DNA of 64,000 bases from an uncultured delta proteobacterium (GTDB lineage Bacteria; Desulfobacterota; Desulfomonilia; UBA1062): NCBI GenBank assembly GCA_963752595.1, contig CAVVYZ010000002.1, positions 1-64,000 on the forward strand, given 5' to 3'. A program made the translations under genes and the position numbers. Below the pieces are notes generated by a model. The model was given only the letters and a program-made list of their open reading frames with translations. It made no database searches and was not told the origin of the DNA. Below, piece after piece: positions 41,683 through 51,289 of this stretch. Within the stretch, counting starts at the first letter, position 1. Each line of letters opens with the position of its first letter.

Positions 41683-42702
41683 ATGAATAAACGCCGGAGG
41701 ATGAAAGCGCGATACCGCCGCTTTTCATTCCTGTCGGATATCGAAGGAATGAAAAATGCCTTGGGCGAGATGCGCGGATTGTTCTTTCCCAGGCAACCCA
41801 TTCTGAACCGACAAGCCTTGATGAGCGTTCCCGGCTCCATGCCGGATGAGCAGTGGTTCGTCCGGACCATCAGAGACAAGATCGCGAACCATCCCGAAAA
41901 CGCCATGGAGTACCCGTTTTACGGTGAACCCATATATGCGGAGCCGCTGGTCGGATTCGTCCGGGGCAGCGACCCCATTTTCGATCGGTTCAAGGAAGTC
42001 ATTGGGCCGCACCACTTCACCCCCTGGGAAATCATGAAATGGCAGGCCCGGAACAACGGCGTCGAGCCGCCCGAGCCTGATGATATCAGCGTTGTCTCTT
42101 TTGTCATGCCGGTCACGCACAAAACCAAACAGGACAATGCCTCGGCCGCAGACTGGGTTTCGGAACGGTGGGCTCAGAGCCGTCTGCTGGGAGAGATCTT
42201 CAGCCAGTCTCTGGTGCGTGACATCGTGACCGGCCTCATGAATCAGGGGATCCTGGCCGTGTCGCCGGACGTGACGCCCATGTTCAACAAGAAGCGTTAT
42301 CCCAAGGCGGGATGGGCTTCCCCCTGGTCTCACCGGCATGTCGCCTATGCTGCAGGGCTCGGCACCTTCGGGATGCATGACTTCCTGATTACGGAAAAAG
42401 GCTGTGCGCACCGCCTCGGCAGCTTTGTAGTCAACCTGAAGCTCGAACCCGACCGGAAGCGTCCGGACGACATCCATGCTTTCTGCCTTCACCATCAGGG
42501 TATTCAGTGCCTGAAATGTGCGAAGCGTTGTCCGGCGAATGCGATCACCAGGGAAAAGGCTCACGACAAGGAGGCCTGCTATCAAAGGGTTGCCGCTTCC
42601 CTGAAGCACTGCAACACAAAGTATCATATCTTCATTTACGGATGCGGCCTTTGTGCCGCCGGTGTGCCGTGTGAATCCGGTATTCCGGAAGCATTACGTT
42701 AG
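41683..42702 (+). CDS. QueG-like (epoxyqueuosine reductase family) double [4Fe-4S] protein
   Basis: WSHRHVAYAAGLGTFG, ITEKGCAHRLGS, C..CAKRCP, DKEAC and GCGLC...VPCE motifs; start could be 41701. Confidence 0.75.
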   Translation: MNKRRRMKARYRRFSFLSDIEGMKNALGEMRGLFFPRQPILNRQALMSVPGSMPDEQWFVRTIRDKIANHPENAMEYPFYGEPIYAEPLVGFVRGSDPIFDRFKEVIGPHHFTPWEIMKWQARNNGVEPPEPDDISVVSFVMPVTHKTKQDNASAADWVSERWAQSRLLGEIFSQSLVRDIVTGLMNQGILAVSPDVTPMFNKKRYPKAGWASPWSHRHVAYAAGLGTFGMHDFLITEKGCAHRLGSFVVNLKLEPDRKRPDDIHAFCLHHQGIQCLKCAKRCPANAITREKAHDKEACYQRVAASLKHCNTKYHIFIYGCGLCAAGVPCESGIPEALR

Positions 42703-42748
42703 TGATGAGATTACTGCTTACAGGATTTATCCAGAGGGGACTAAAGAC

Positions 42749-43627
42749 ATGACGATATCCGAGTCCGGAAAAAATGATCCGTTTGATGCCGCTGCCATAA
42801 AAGGGCTGATCCACGCCAAAGGCATCGACCTCGTGGGAATCGCCGATGCAGGAAATCTCATTCTGGCGCATCCTTCAAGACCTGCTGCGGCTCTTATGCC
42901 CACTGCACGAAGCGTGATCGTCATGGCGGTTGCGCACTCTCTGGGTGCTGTCTATGCGCCGGACATCATGCTCTGGACACGGAGCAAGATGCAGACGTCC
43001 CGGCTGCTCGATGAAACGGCTGAAAAGATAGGCCGCATGCTTGAAAAGAATGGCTTCCTTTCGTTGCCGATCTCAGCGGACAAGCCGGTCGAGATCGTGA
43101 AAATCGATCCTGAAACAGACAAGAAATTCCGTCAGACTCGTGCGCTGGGGTTTCTCTCGCTCAAGCATGCAGCCGTAAGCTGCGGCATGGGCGAAATCGG
43201 CTGGAACAACCTGCTGCTCACCCCAGAGTTCGGCCCCCACCAGAGGCTGTGCGCCATAGTAACAGAGGCGCAGTTAGAGGCTGATTCCAGAAGGGATTTG
43301 GGCCTCTGCACCGGATGCGGCCGGTGCGTGAAAGCGTGCCCATCCGGGGCTTTGAAAAACGACCGCTATGACGTGGATCCCTGCTTTGTCTACTGGTCCT
43401 ATGGCTTCAAGCGTCTGCCTCCGGCAAACTTAAGAGAATGGCCGGGTTATGTCCGGATGATCATGAAGCATGCAAGGCGGCGTGATATCCTTGTAGAATC
43501 CGGCCAGACTTACATCACTGATGTCGACAACTGCATCGAGTGCATGCGTGCCTGCCCGGTAGGTGAAAGATGGAAGGGACTCCGACCGAAAATACTCCCT
43601 TTCCAGAGATCCGGCGGAACGGAATAA
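42749..43627 (+). CDS. Second QueG/reductive-dehalogenase-like double [4Fe-4S] protein
   Basis: GIDLVGIA, ARSVIV, SLKHAAVSCGMGEIGWNNLLLTPEFGPHQRL, CTGCGRCVKACP and CIECMRACP motifs. Confidence 0.78.
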   Translation: MTISESGKNDPFDAAAIKGLIHAKGIDLVGIADAGNLILAHPSRPAAALMPTARSVIVMAVAHSLGAVYAPDIMLWTRSKMQTSRLLDETAEKIGRMLEKNGFLSLPISADKPVEIVKIDPETDKKFRQTRALGFLSLKHAAVSCGMGEIGWNNLLLTPEFGPHQRLCAIVTEAQLEADSRRDLGLCTGCGRCVKACPSGALKNDRYDVDPCFVYWSYGFKRLPPANLREWPGYVRMIMKHARRRDILVESGQTYITDVDNCIECMRACPVGERWKGLRPKILPFQRSGGTE

Positions 43628-43732
43628 CGAACATCCGGGCTGCCCTCATAAACAACACCAGCGACTGAAAATCTGCGCTGTCGGTAACTATAGTGGCTGG
43701 TTTGATGTAAAGACTCTTTGAAGGGGATAGAC

Positions 43733-45490
43733 ATGATTGGATTCCGGAGCATTGCAGTCCGCTGGCCTGCCTTCATCCTGCTGCTCTTCTGCGCGGGCTG
43801 TGCCGACAACATGAGGCAGGTCAAAGAACCCCTGCCGAGTCCCGACCTTATGAAAAAGCACTGCGAACTCATCGGCGCGCCCCGGGTGGTGAGGATCTCC
43901 GAGCATGTATGGGCTGCCGTCGGGTATGACCTGGCAAACGAGATTCTCATCCATACCCTTCAGGGCAATGTGATTATCGACCCCCTCATGAGCCCAAAGC
44001 GCGGAGAGGCTGCCAAAAGGGATCTCCTGGCCTGCGCCCCCGGCGGACCGATAAAGGCCGTCATATATACCCACAGCCATATCGATCACATCGGGGGGGC
44101 TTCGATCTGGATGGATGACAATCCCCCGATCTGGGCTACGGATGGTTTTGTCGAGCACTTCTACAAGCAGTATCAGGTGTTCCTCCCCATCGAGACGATC
44201 AGGGGGAAGCGCCAGTTCGGAGACCATGCCTCCCTGCAGGATCTCCCCTGCAACGGCATCGGCCGCCGCACCGATATCCGGGCAGCACAGGAGGGCGCCG
44301 GCATCCGCCTGCCGACACGCACCTTTTCCGGATCAAAGAGCCTGAGTTTCGGCGGGGTTTCCATCGAGATGATGGAGGCTCACGGCGAGACCCACGACCA
44401 GCTCATCGTCTGGATTCCCCAGGACAGGACCGTTATTGCCGCCGATGACTTCTACTGGTCCTTCCCGAACCTCTATACCATCCGTGGTACAAGCCCGAGG
44501 CCTGTGGACGACTGGATCAAGAGCATCGACAAGATGCGCGCACTGAAGCCCGAACACCTCGTGCCCTGTCACACCATCCCCGTCGAGGGAGAGCTTACGA
44601 TCAATACGATCCTCACCAATTACCGCGATGCTATCCAGTGGGTCAGGGATGAGGTCATCCGGGGAGCCAACAAGGGGCGTGACCTGGATACGCTGGCTGA
44701 AAATATCAAGCTGCCGCCGCATCTTTCAGGGCTGCATTATACGGAGGAGTTCTACGGGCAGGTCGACTGGTCTGCCAAGGGCATCTACACCAGCAGCCTC
44801 GGGTGGTTTGACGGGAGGCCGGACAAGCTCTATCCCATGAATGTCAGAGAGGCTTCCTTGAGGGAGGTCACCCTTATGGGAGGGCCGGTAAAGGTCATGG
44901 AAATGGCGGATACGGCTCTGCAGGCGAATGATTTCCGATGGGCGATTCATCTGCTCGCCAAGCTCTCTGACAGCGGCCTGGCAACAGCGAGCATGGATGC
45001 ATCATTGAAAGAGAAGCAGGCCCTGGCCTATGAGAAGCTGGCCTCCACCCTGTATAACCTGAACGGACGGGGATATCTTCTGGAGTCAGCCTATGAGATC
45101 AGGCACGGCATCGAGATGCCGGCCCCTGCCAGGCTCGATGAAACCCTGGTGGCCAATATCCCTTTAGATGCCATCTTTACCATCATGGCCACCCGGCTCA
45201 TCGCCGAGAAGGCCATGGATGTCCATGAGACCGTGTACTTCGTGTTTCCCGATGAAAACAAGCGGTTCATCGTGACGGTCAGGAGAGGCATTGCCGAGGT
45301 CGTCGAAGGCGAACCGCTGCCCGGGACGCCTGAGCCGGTGGCAACGCTCATCACCGATGCTCTCACCTATCGCAAGATGGCTGCCAAGCTCATGAGCCCC
45401 CTTGCAGCCCTGGCCTCGGGCAAGATCAAAGTTCAGGGGAGCTGGATCAAATTCCTTAAGTGGAACAGCCGCTTCAACCTCCTCGGCTGA
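43733..45490 (+). CDS. Alkyl/aryl sulfatase (SdsA1-like MBL fold with dimerisation and SCP2-like domains), probable lipoprotein
   Basis: Lipobox-like CAGC; YTHSHIDHIGG, GETHDQ, FPNLYTIRG, FYGQVDW, GWFDG and C-terminal ALASGKIKVQG motifs. Confidence 0.85.
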   Translation: MIGFRSIAVRWPAFILLLFCAGCADNMRQVKEPLPSPDLMKKHCELIGAPRVVRISEHVWAAVGYDLANEILIHTLQGNVIIDPLMSPKRGEAAKRDLLACAPGGPIKAVIYTHSHIDHIGGASIWMDDNPPIWATDGFVEHFYKQYQVFLPIETIRGKRQFGDHASLQDLPCNGIGRRTDIRAAQEGAGIRLPTRTFSGSKSLSFGGVSIEMMEAHGETHDQLIVWIPQDRTVIAADDFYWSFPNLYTIRGTSPRPVDDWIKSIDKMRALKPEHLVPCHTIPVEGELTINTILTNYRDAIQWVRDEVIRGANKGRDLDTLAENIKLPPHLSGLHYTEEFYGQVDWSAKGIYTSSLGWFDGRPDKLYPMNVREASLREVTLMGGPVKVMEMADTALQANDFRWAIHLLAKLSDSGLATASMDASLKEKQALAYEKLASTLYNLNGRGYLLESAYEIRHGIEMPAPARLDETLVANIPLDAIFTIMATRLIAEKAMDVHETVYFVFPDENKRFIVTVRRGIAEVVEGEPLPGTPEPVATLITDALTYRKMAAKLMSPLAALASGKIKVQGSWIKFLKWNSRFNLLG

Positions 45491-45569
45491 GGTAAGCCTG
45501 CCACGGGGTCGGAAATATACTGAAGAGACATGGAGACTCGTCAAAAGCAAGAGAATTGAATCCCAATTC

Positions 45570-47714
45570 TCAGTGCTCCAATGCCCGGCGGACAATTTTC
45601 TTCAGCTCTCTGCTGTCCGCAGGTTTCAGCAGCAGTTCACGGATACCCAGAGACTTCGCTTCCTGTTCGTTTATCACATCGTTGAACCCGGTACACAGGA
45701 CCACCGGGATATCCGGCCGTGTTTCCAGCGCCTTTCTGGTAAGCTCGACACCTGTCATCTTAGGCATAGTCAGATCGGTTACGATAAGATCGTATTCATA
45801 CGGCTCTCTCTCAAACAAGCGAAGAGCTTCGGCACTATCCCTAACCGCAACCACGCGGTAGCCCGACATCTTCAGCACCCGTTGCAGGCTGGAAAGGATT
45901 AACTCTTCATCATCGACCAGGAGGATCTTTTCCCGGCATTTCTCTGAAGGCCCGGTTTCTGGAGTAGACGTCTGCGCGTATGTTTTCCCGACATATAAGG
46001 GAAGGTATACGGTGAAGAGAGTTCCTTCCCCCGGACGGCTCCGGACGGTAATTGCTCCTCCAAGCCTTTTCACAATACCATGGACGACTGAGAGTCCCAT
46101 GCCGCTGCCCCTGCCGAAGCCTTTTGTCGTATAGAAAGGCTCAAAGATATGATCCAGTACTTCGGGCGCAATTCCGCTGCCTGTGTCTTTCACCGTAAGC
46201 TCCAGGTAGTCTCCAGGTTTCATTTCCCGATTGGTGCGGACCGGTTCCAGATGGGTTGTTGTCAGCCTCACCTCTATGGTGCCCTTCTGTGACCCCAGGG
46301 AATCGGCAGCATTCTGAACCAGGTTCATGACCACCTGCTGGATCTGTGTGGGGTCGCCCATAATCATATCGGTTTGCGCATCAATCTGCTGTTTGATGTC
46401 TATCGTGCTCGGAAGAGTAGACCTTAAGAAATCCATGGTTTCCTCCACCAGCGGTGCGACCTTTACGGGCCTCGGTTCCTCCTCGCTTCGCCTGCCGAAG
46501 GAAAGTATTTTCTTTACGAGATCCTTCTGGCGGATGACAGCCTTCATGGTCTGAGTCAGCAGTTCGTGCCGGCTGGAATCCACCGGCGTCTCTGCAAGGA
46601 GTTCTTCGATGTTTATGAGGATAGGATAGAGAATGTTGTTCAGATCATGGGCTATTCCACCGGCGAACCTGTCCAGGGCTTCTATTCTCTGTGTCTGGGC
46701 AAGCTGTGACTCCATCTTCCTCTTTTCCGTTTCCGCCTTCCAGCGCTCTGTTATCTCCTCATTAAGCTTTCTGTTCCTCTCTTCAAGTTCTGCTGTCCGT
46801 TTTGCCACAAGGGTTTCAAGGCGGTCGCGATATACCTTAAGCTCTTCATCCATTTTTATCCGTTCGGTGATGTCCGTGGCCATGCCGACAATGAAACGAC
46901 GGCCGTCACGCAAGGTGCCTGGTGATGAGGTGTTGAAGCTCCAATGCCGGACACTCCCGTCACGGGTGCGGATGGGGAACTCGACATTGATCATGCGAGG
47001 GCTCCCCTTGAACAACTCCTGCACATGACTGTGCACAGTCTCGGCGCCCTCTCCGGATGCCAGGCTGAGCCAGCCGTTGAAAGTTTGCATATTCTGCAAT
47101 GTGTAGCCGGTCAGTTCGGTCCAGGTGCGGCTGATTTGAAGGACTTCACCATCCTCGGTATGCATGATGATCGGAATGGGAGCGTCCTCGATTGCCAGAC
47201 GGAATTGCTCCTCATCGCGGCGGAGGGCCTCCTCCATCTGTTTACGCTCGGTGATTACTTCAGTGAACATAATAATTCCACTGATGTGTTCATTGGATTC
47301 ACGCCAGGGGAGTATTTCCCAGCGAACCCAGTCCGTTCTGCCGTCCAAACGGGGGAACGGGTCTTCCTCGCATCTCTGTGGTTCTCCGGCCAGAGCACGC
47401 TGGTGAATATTCTTCCACCTTTCAGGAATCTCGGGAAAAACTTCATAATGGGTCCGGCCGATAATGTCCTGGTCGCCCAGGCCGTAATCAGAAAGCCATC
47501 GGCGGCTCACCGCGATATACCGCATGTCGGAATCGAACATTGCGATAGCTGCCGGGGCATTCTCAATAAATAGTCCCAGCATTTGCTCGCTCTTCAGCCG
47601 AGCATTCTCTATCTTTTTGTATGCTGATACTTTCTTTTCCAATTGGGCTATTAACCGGTGTGAGTCTGCTAACCCTTCCAAGAGTTGTCTTTTTGTCTTA
47701 TGAGTATCATTCAT
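45570..47714 (-). CDS. PAS-PAS hybrid histidine kinase with receiver domain
   Basis: Two PAS/PAC regions; GGIAHDLNN, NLVQNA, DTGSGI, PFYTTK..GSGMGL, ILLVDDE and TDLTMP motifs; start could be 47789. Confidence 0.9.
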   Translation of the reverse strand: MNDTHKTKRQLLEGLADSHRLIAQLEKKVSAYKKIENARLKSEQMLGLFIENAPAAIAMFDSDMRYIAVSRRWLSDYGLGDQDIIGRTHYEVFPEIPERWKNIHQRALAGEPQRCEEDPFPRLDGRTDWVRWEILPWRESNEHISGIIMFTEVITERKQMEEALRRDEEQFRLAIEDAPIPIIMHTEDGEVLQISRTWTELTGYTLQNMQTFNGWLSLASGEGAETVHSHVQELFKGSPRMINVEFPIRTRDGSVRHWSFNTSSPGTLRDGRRFIVGMATDITERIKMDEELKVYRDRLETLVAKRTAELEERNRKLNEEITERWKAETEKRKMESQLAQTQRIEALDRFAGGIAHDLNNILYPILINIEELLAETPVDSSRHELLTQTMKAVIRQKDLVKKILSFGRRSEEEPRPVKVAPLVEETMDFLRSTLPSTIDIKQQIDAQTDMIMGDPTQIQQVVMNLVQNAADSLGSQKGTIEVRLTTTHLEPVRTNREMKPGDYLELTVKDTGSGIAPEVLDHIFEPFYTTKGFGRGSGMGLSVVHGIVKRLGGAITVRSRPGEGTLFTVYLPLYVGKTYAQTSTPETGPSEKCREKILLVDDEELILSSLQRVLKMSGYRVVAVRDSAEALRLFEREPYEYDLIVTDLTMPKMTGVELTRKALETRPDIPVVLCTGFNDVINEQEAKSLGIRELLLKPADSRELKKIVRRALEH

Positions 47715-48166
47715 AATGGTTCCCTGAGTTAATCTTCTTTGGCCGTTCGCATGGTGTATTAAAGGCATCGGGAGAGTATCGCCCGACATGTTGCTATGAG
47801 CTTATTATAAGGGGTTAAGTCTACTGGGAATAGGTGTGCAGAACAGGAAAATATTTTTGTGAAGAGGAAAATCCTGATTCATGCATCGGACGATGAGAAT
47901 GAATGGGGTACGTGATTCAAACCCATACCTGTGTTTTGTGCCCTTCACAGGCATAACATCAGCGGTTCTGAACAGGCGCTGCCGGGAAGAAACACCCTGT
48001 ACCGATACCATCATTCACCAGTTAGCCCTTGTCAAAACCAAATCAAATCCTTATCATCCTCATTGTGAGCCAAGCGCACCTCCACTATAGATAGACAGTA
48101 CGCGGCATCAGGAATGCCCCTGGCTTGTAAAAAAATTGAGACAGAACCGCAAGAGAGGTTTTTTTG

Positions 48167-48904
48167 ATGGTCGATACGATCCCTTATCTGAGCGTTGTCA
48201 TACCCTTCTATAATGAAGAGGAGTCGGCAAAGAATGTATGTACGGAAGTCAAAGAGGTGCTCGATGGGCATCAGGGGCTGAAATGGGAGCTCATCATGGT
48301 GAATGACGGCTCTTCAGACCGGACGCCTCTGATCCTCGAAGAGCTGGCCGACGGTTGCACGAGCTTCCGGGCCCTGCATCTGCGGCCGAACAGCGGCCAA
48401 TCGGCAGCGCTCGAAGCCGGATTCAGGGCTGCCCGGGGCGAGGTTGTCGCCACCCTGGACGGCGATGGCCAGAACGATCCCCGGGATATTTTCGCGCTTC
48501 TCGATGCAATGGAAAAAGCCGGGGTGCACATGATGTGCGGTATCCGGCAGAAACGCTCCGATACTTTTGTGCGCCGGATATCAAGCAGAATAGCGAACCG
48601 TGTCCGGGCAGCCGTTCTGAAGGATGATATCACCGATGTGGGCTGCTCCATGCGGGTCTTCCGCCCGGACTGCCTGCAGAAGATCCGCTTCTTCAGGAAT
48701 GCCCACCGGTTCTTTCCGGCACTGTTCAAGATGGCCGGCTTTTCCGTGGCTGAAATGCATGTTAACCATCGTCCGAGAAAACACGGCACCAGTAAGTACG
48801 GCGGAGGCATAAACAGCAGGCTCTGGGTGGGTATCGCTGATCTGGCAGGTGTGTACTGGCTGAGGAAGAGGGCGTTTGTATATACCGTGGATGAGAAGAA
48901 ATGA
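48167..48904 (+). CDS. GT2 polyprenol-phosphate glycosyltransferase (ArnC/DPM1-like)
   Basis: SVVIPFYNEE, VNDGSSD, GQSAAL, LDGDGQNDP, DVGCS and NHRPR..GTSKY motifs. Confidence 0.9.
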   Translation: MVDTIPYLSVVIPFYNEEESAKNVCTEVKEVLDGHQGLKWELIMVNDGSSDRTPLILEELADGCTSFRALHLRPNSGQSAALEAGFRAARGEVVATLDGDGQNDPRDIFALLDAMEKAGVHMMCGIRQKRSDTFVRRISSRIANRVRAAVLKDDITDVGCSMRVFRPDCLQKIRFFRNAHRFFPALFKMAGFSVAEMHVNHRPRKHGTSKYGGGINSRLWVGIADLAGVYWLRKRAFVYTVDEKK

Positions 48905-49602
48905 AAGGGAAACACCCGGAAAACCTCTTCAGAGATTTCCTCCGTGTTTCATCCCTGACCATCTTTTTTATAGCTGCGGCCTTTGTCCTTGGCGACCACG
49001 ACGTTCGCCGGTATTTCTTCGACATCACGACAATAAAAAACGCTCTGAAAGGCACCGGTACGGTAACGGGCTCGCTAGCATCCGCTACGATCTTCATCCT
49101 TGCCGGCAGCAGCCTTATAGCGCTCGGTGTTCCCAGGCTGCTGGCGAGCACGATCGGCGGAGCAATTTATGGGGCGGCCGCAGGAGTGTTTCTTTCCCTG
49201 GCCGCATCTTTTCTGGGGTCTTCGATTCTCTACCTCTTGGGCAGGGCAGCTCTCGCTGATGTTGTCGAAAGACGGCTGAAAGGAAAACTGGATGAGTGGC
49301 GGGCCCGGTTCAGGAGCAACGCATTCTGGTGGGTTCTTTACGGAAGGCTTTTCCCGTTTTCCAACTCCACAGTCATGAGCCTTCTCTGCGGAAGCTGCAA
49401 AGTATCCTTTACCTCTTACGCCCTGGGTTCTTTCATCGGCTTCATACCGCTGGCCGTTGTCTTCGCATGCTTCGGCAGCGGAGGTGTAAAGGGAGATTTC
49501 CTGCAGATAACAATAGCCACGGCGGTTCTTATCCTGTCTATCGGATCGAGAAGAATCCTCAATGCATGGTTCCCCCACAGCAAGGAAGAAGCAGGCGGTT
49601 AG
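48901..49602 (+). CDS. DedA/VTT (TVP38/TMEM64) family membrane protein
   Basis: Hydrophobic ORF overlapping the GT2 stop (ATGA); GVP...GGAIYG, YLLGR, RLFPFS and YALGSFIGFIP motifs. Confidence 0.8.
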   Translation: MKGKHPENLFRDFLRVSSLTIFFIAAAFVLGDHDVRRYFFDITTIKNALKGTGTVTGSLASATIFILAGSSLIALGVPRLLASTIGGAIYGAAAGVFLSLAASFLGSSILYLLGRAALADVVERRLKGKLDEWRARFRSNAFWWVLYGRLFPFSNSTVMSLLCGSCKVSFTSYALGSFIGFIPLAVVFACFGSGGVKGDFLQITIATAVLILSIGSRRILNAWFPHSKEEAGG

Positions 49603-49610
49603 GGTACGGA

Positions 49611-51233
49611 TCAGCCGGAAGGATTGATCCGGTAGCGGCCGGCATTAATGGTGCTGCTCTTCCAGATCCGGATGACATGAATCCCATATGTGCATTCGTA
49701 TTCCGGTATGATGCCCGGTTTCGGAGACAGGTGTTCCTCATCGGCAATAATGCGGCCGTCCGGGTGCTCCGCTGCCCATTGCCGGACCTGGTCTTCCCGG
49801 ATGACATCCAGGGGCTTCTTCAGCCGGCCAAGGAAATTGAAAACACCATGATACTTGCCCACATAACTGATGGAAGTGTTTTGGCTCTGCAGTCTTGCAA
49901 TATATGAGCTTGGATTCCGCATGTCGTAACAAGCAAAAACCCCCGCGAGGCTTAAATGCAGCATTACTACCATGAGTACACCCATGGCGGACATGAGCGT
50001 GACGCGGAGCTCGCTGCTCATGCGATACAAACCGCACAGTACAGGGCATGAAGCGATGAGGACCAGTCCGTAGTAGGGATTTATCCTTGACAACACCTGC
50101 GAGAGGTTCGGGTGAAGGGGGAAAAGGCTGTGCAGAATCAGCGCGCATCCGATGCCGATAACAAAGAGACCGGGTAAAACCGGGTCCCATTCCCGGTATT
50201 CTCCTGCCCTGTCCAGAGCATAGGAGGCCAACAGCGCAAACGCAGGAAACAACGGGAGCAGATAATGGGGCTGTTTGCCGCTTATCAGGGAAAAGATGAG
50301 GAAAACGGGAACAAGCCAGGCCAGACACAAGCGGACGGCACTCGATGGAGGTTGCTTGGCCAAAGACCTGAACGACCGCCACAAGGCCGGCCAGAGCATC
50401 CACGGGAACAGGAGTACCGGCAGCAGCGCCAGATACCACCAGAATGGGCGGTTGTGTGCAAAGGACTTTACCATCCTGCCGGCGGACTGTCCCCAGAAAA
50501 TCAATTGGGAATACTTTTCTCCGCCGGCGATTGCTGCAGGGACAGCCCAGGCAAGCGCAATAAGTGAGCCTATGAGCACAGCCGCTAAGATCCCGGCATA
50601 CCAGAGAAACCACCTCGTCGGTCGTTTCTCGATAGCCCACCATGGGGCAAGCAGCGCCAGAGGCAATGTGTGCAGAAGAATGACCGGCCCTTTGGAAAGT
50701 ATGCCCAGCCCGATTGCGGCACCCAAGATGAGCCATCCCCTGGGATCAGACTCCTGCCAACTGCGGAGTATGCCGAATATGCCGACCAGGGTGAAGAATA
50801 CGATGAGCATGTCGAACATGGCGGCAGATACGAAAATCATCCACAGCATGCTGCTGACCGCGATGAGCGGGGCGAGCCCTGCAATCATAGGCCTCTGGGG
50901 CCAGAGCCTGCGGCTGATCTTTGAGGTCAGAATCAGGCTTGCAGCCGCGAAGATAGATGGTACGACCCTCGGCCAGACATCGTTGACGCCGAAAAGCGCC
51001 CACCCGAACTGAAATATCCAGAATAGAAACGGCGGCTTGTCACTGTAGAGCGCACCGTTCAAGTGGGGCACGAGAAAATTTCCGTGCAGCCACATGTCCC
51101 AGGCAACCGACACATACCTCGTCTCATCAATGGGAAGGTATGAACGGGTAAGGAGAGAAACAAGGGTCAGGAGAGCCCAGAATACTCCCCAAAGCGGAAC
51201 CGAAAAAATGCTCAAACCACGGATACCCCTCAC
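49611..51233 (-). CDS. ArnT/PMT-family (GT-C) glycosyltransferase
   Basis: DETRY..VAWDM, PHLNG..YSDKPP, LSKGPV, HNRPFWWY and GKQPHYLLP motifs; polytopic; GTG start. Confidence 0.88.
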   Translation of the reverse strand: MRGIRGLSIFSVPLWGVFWALLTLVSLLTRSYLPIDETRYVSVAWDMWLHGNFLVPHLNGALYSDKPPFLFWIFQFGWALFGVNDVWPRVVPSIFAAASLILTSKISRRLWPQRPMIAGLAPLIAVSSMLWMIFVSAAMFDMLIVFFTLVGIFGILRSWQESDPRGWLILGAAIGLGILSKGPVILLHTLPLALLAPWWAIEKRPTRWFLWYAGILAAVLIGSLIALAWAVPAAIAGGEKYSQLIFWGQSAGRMVKSFAHNRPFWWYLALLPVLLFPWMLWPALWRSFRSLAKQPPSSAVRLCLAWLVPVFLIFSLISGKQPHYLLPLFPAFALLASYALDRAGEYREWDPVLPGLFVIGIGCALILHSLFPLHPNLSQVLSRINPYYGLVLIASCPVLCGLYRMSSELRVTLMSAMGVLMVVMLHLSLAGVFACYDMRNPSSYIARLQSQNTSISYVGKYHGVFNFLGRLKKPLDVIREDQVRQWAAEHPDGRIIADEEHLSPKPGIIPEYECTYGIHVIRIWKSSTINAGRYRINPSG

Positions 51234-51289
51234 AACATAATAAGAATGGGGGCTTTTTACAATTTCTCAAGTATAGACTCCTGCGATTT

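Noticed and set aside
47903-47930. tRNA T-arm-like sequence on the minus strand (GGGTTTGAATCAC)
   Set aside because: No cloverleaf, acceptor stem or CCA can be built around it
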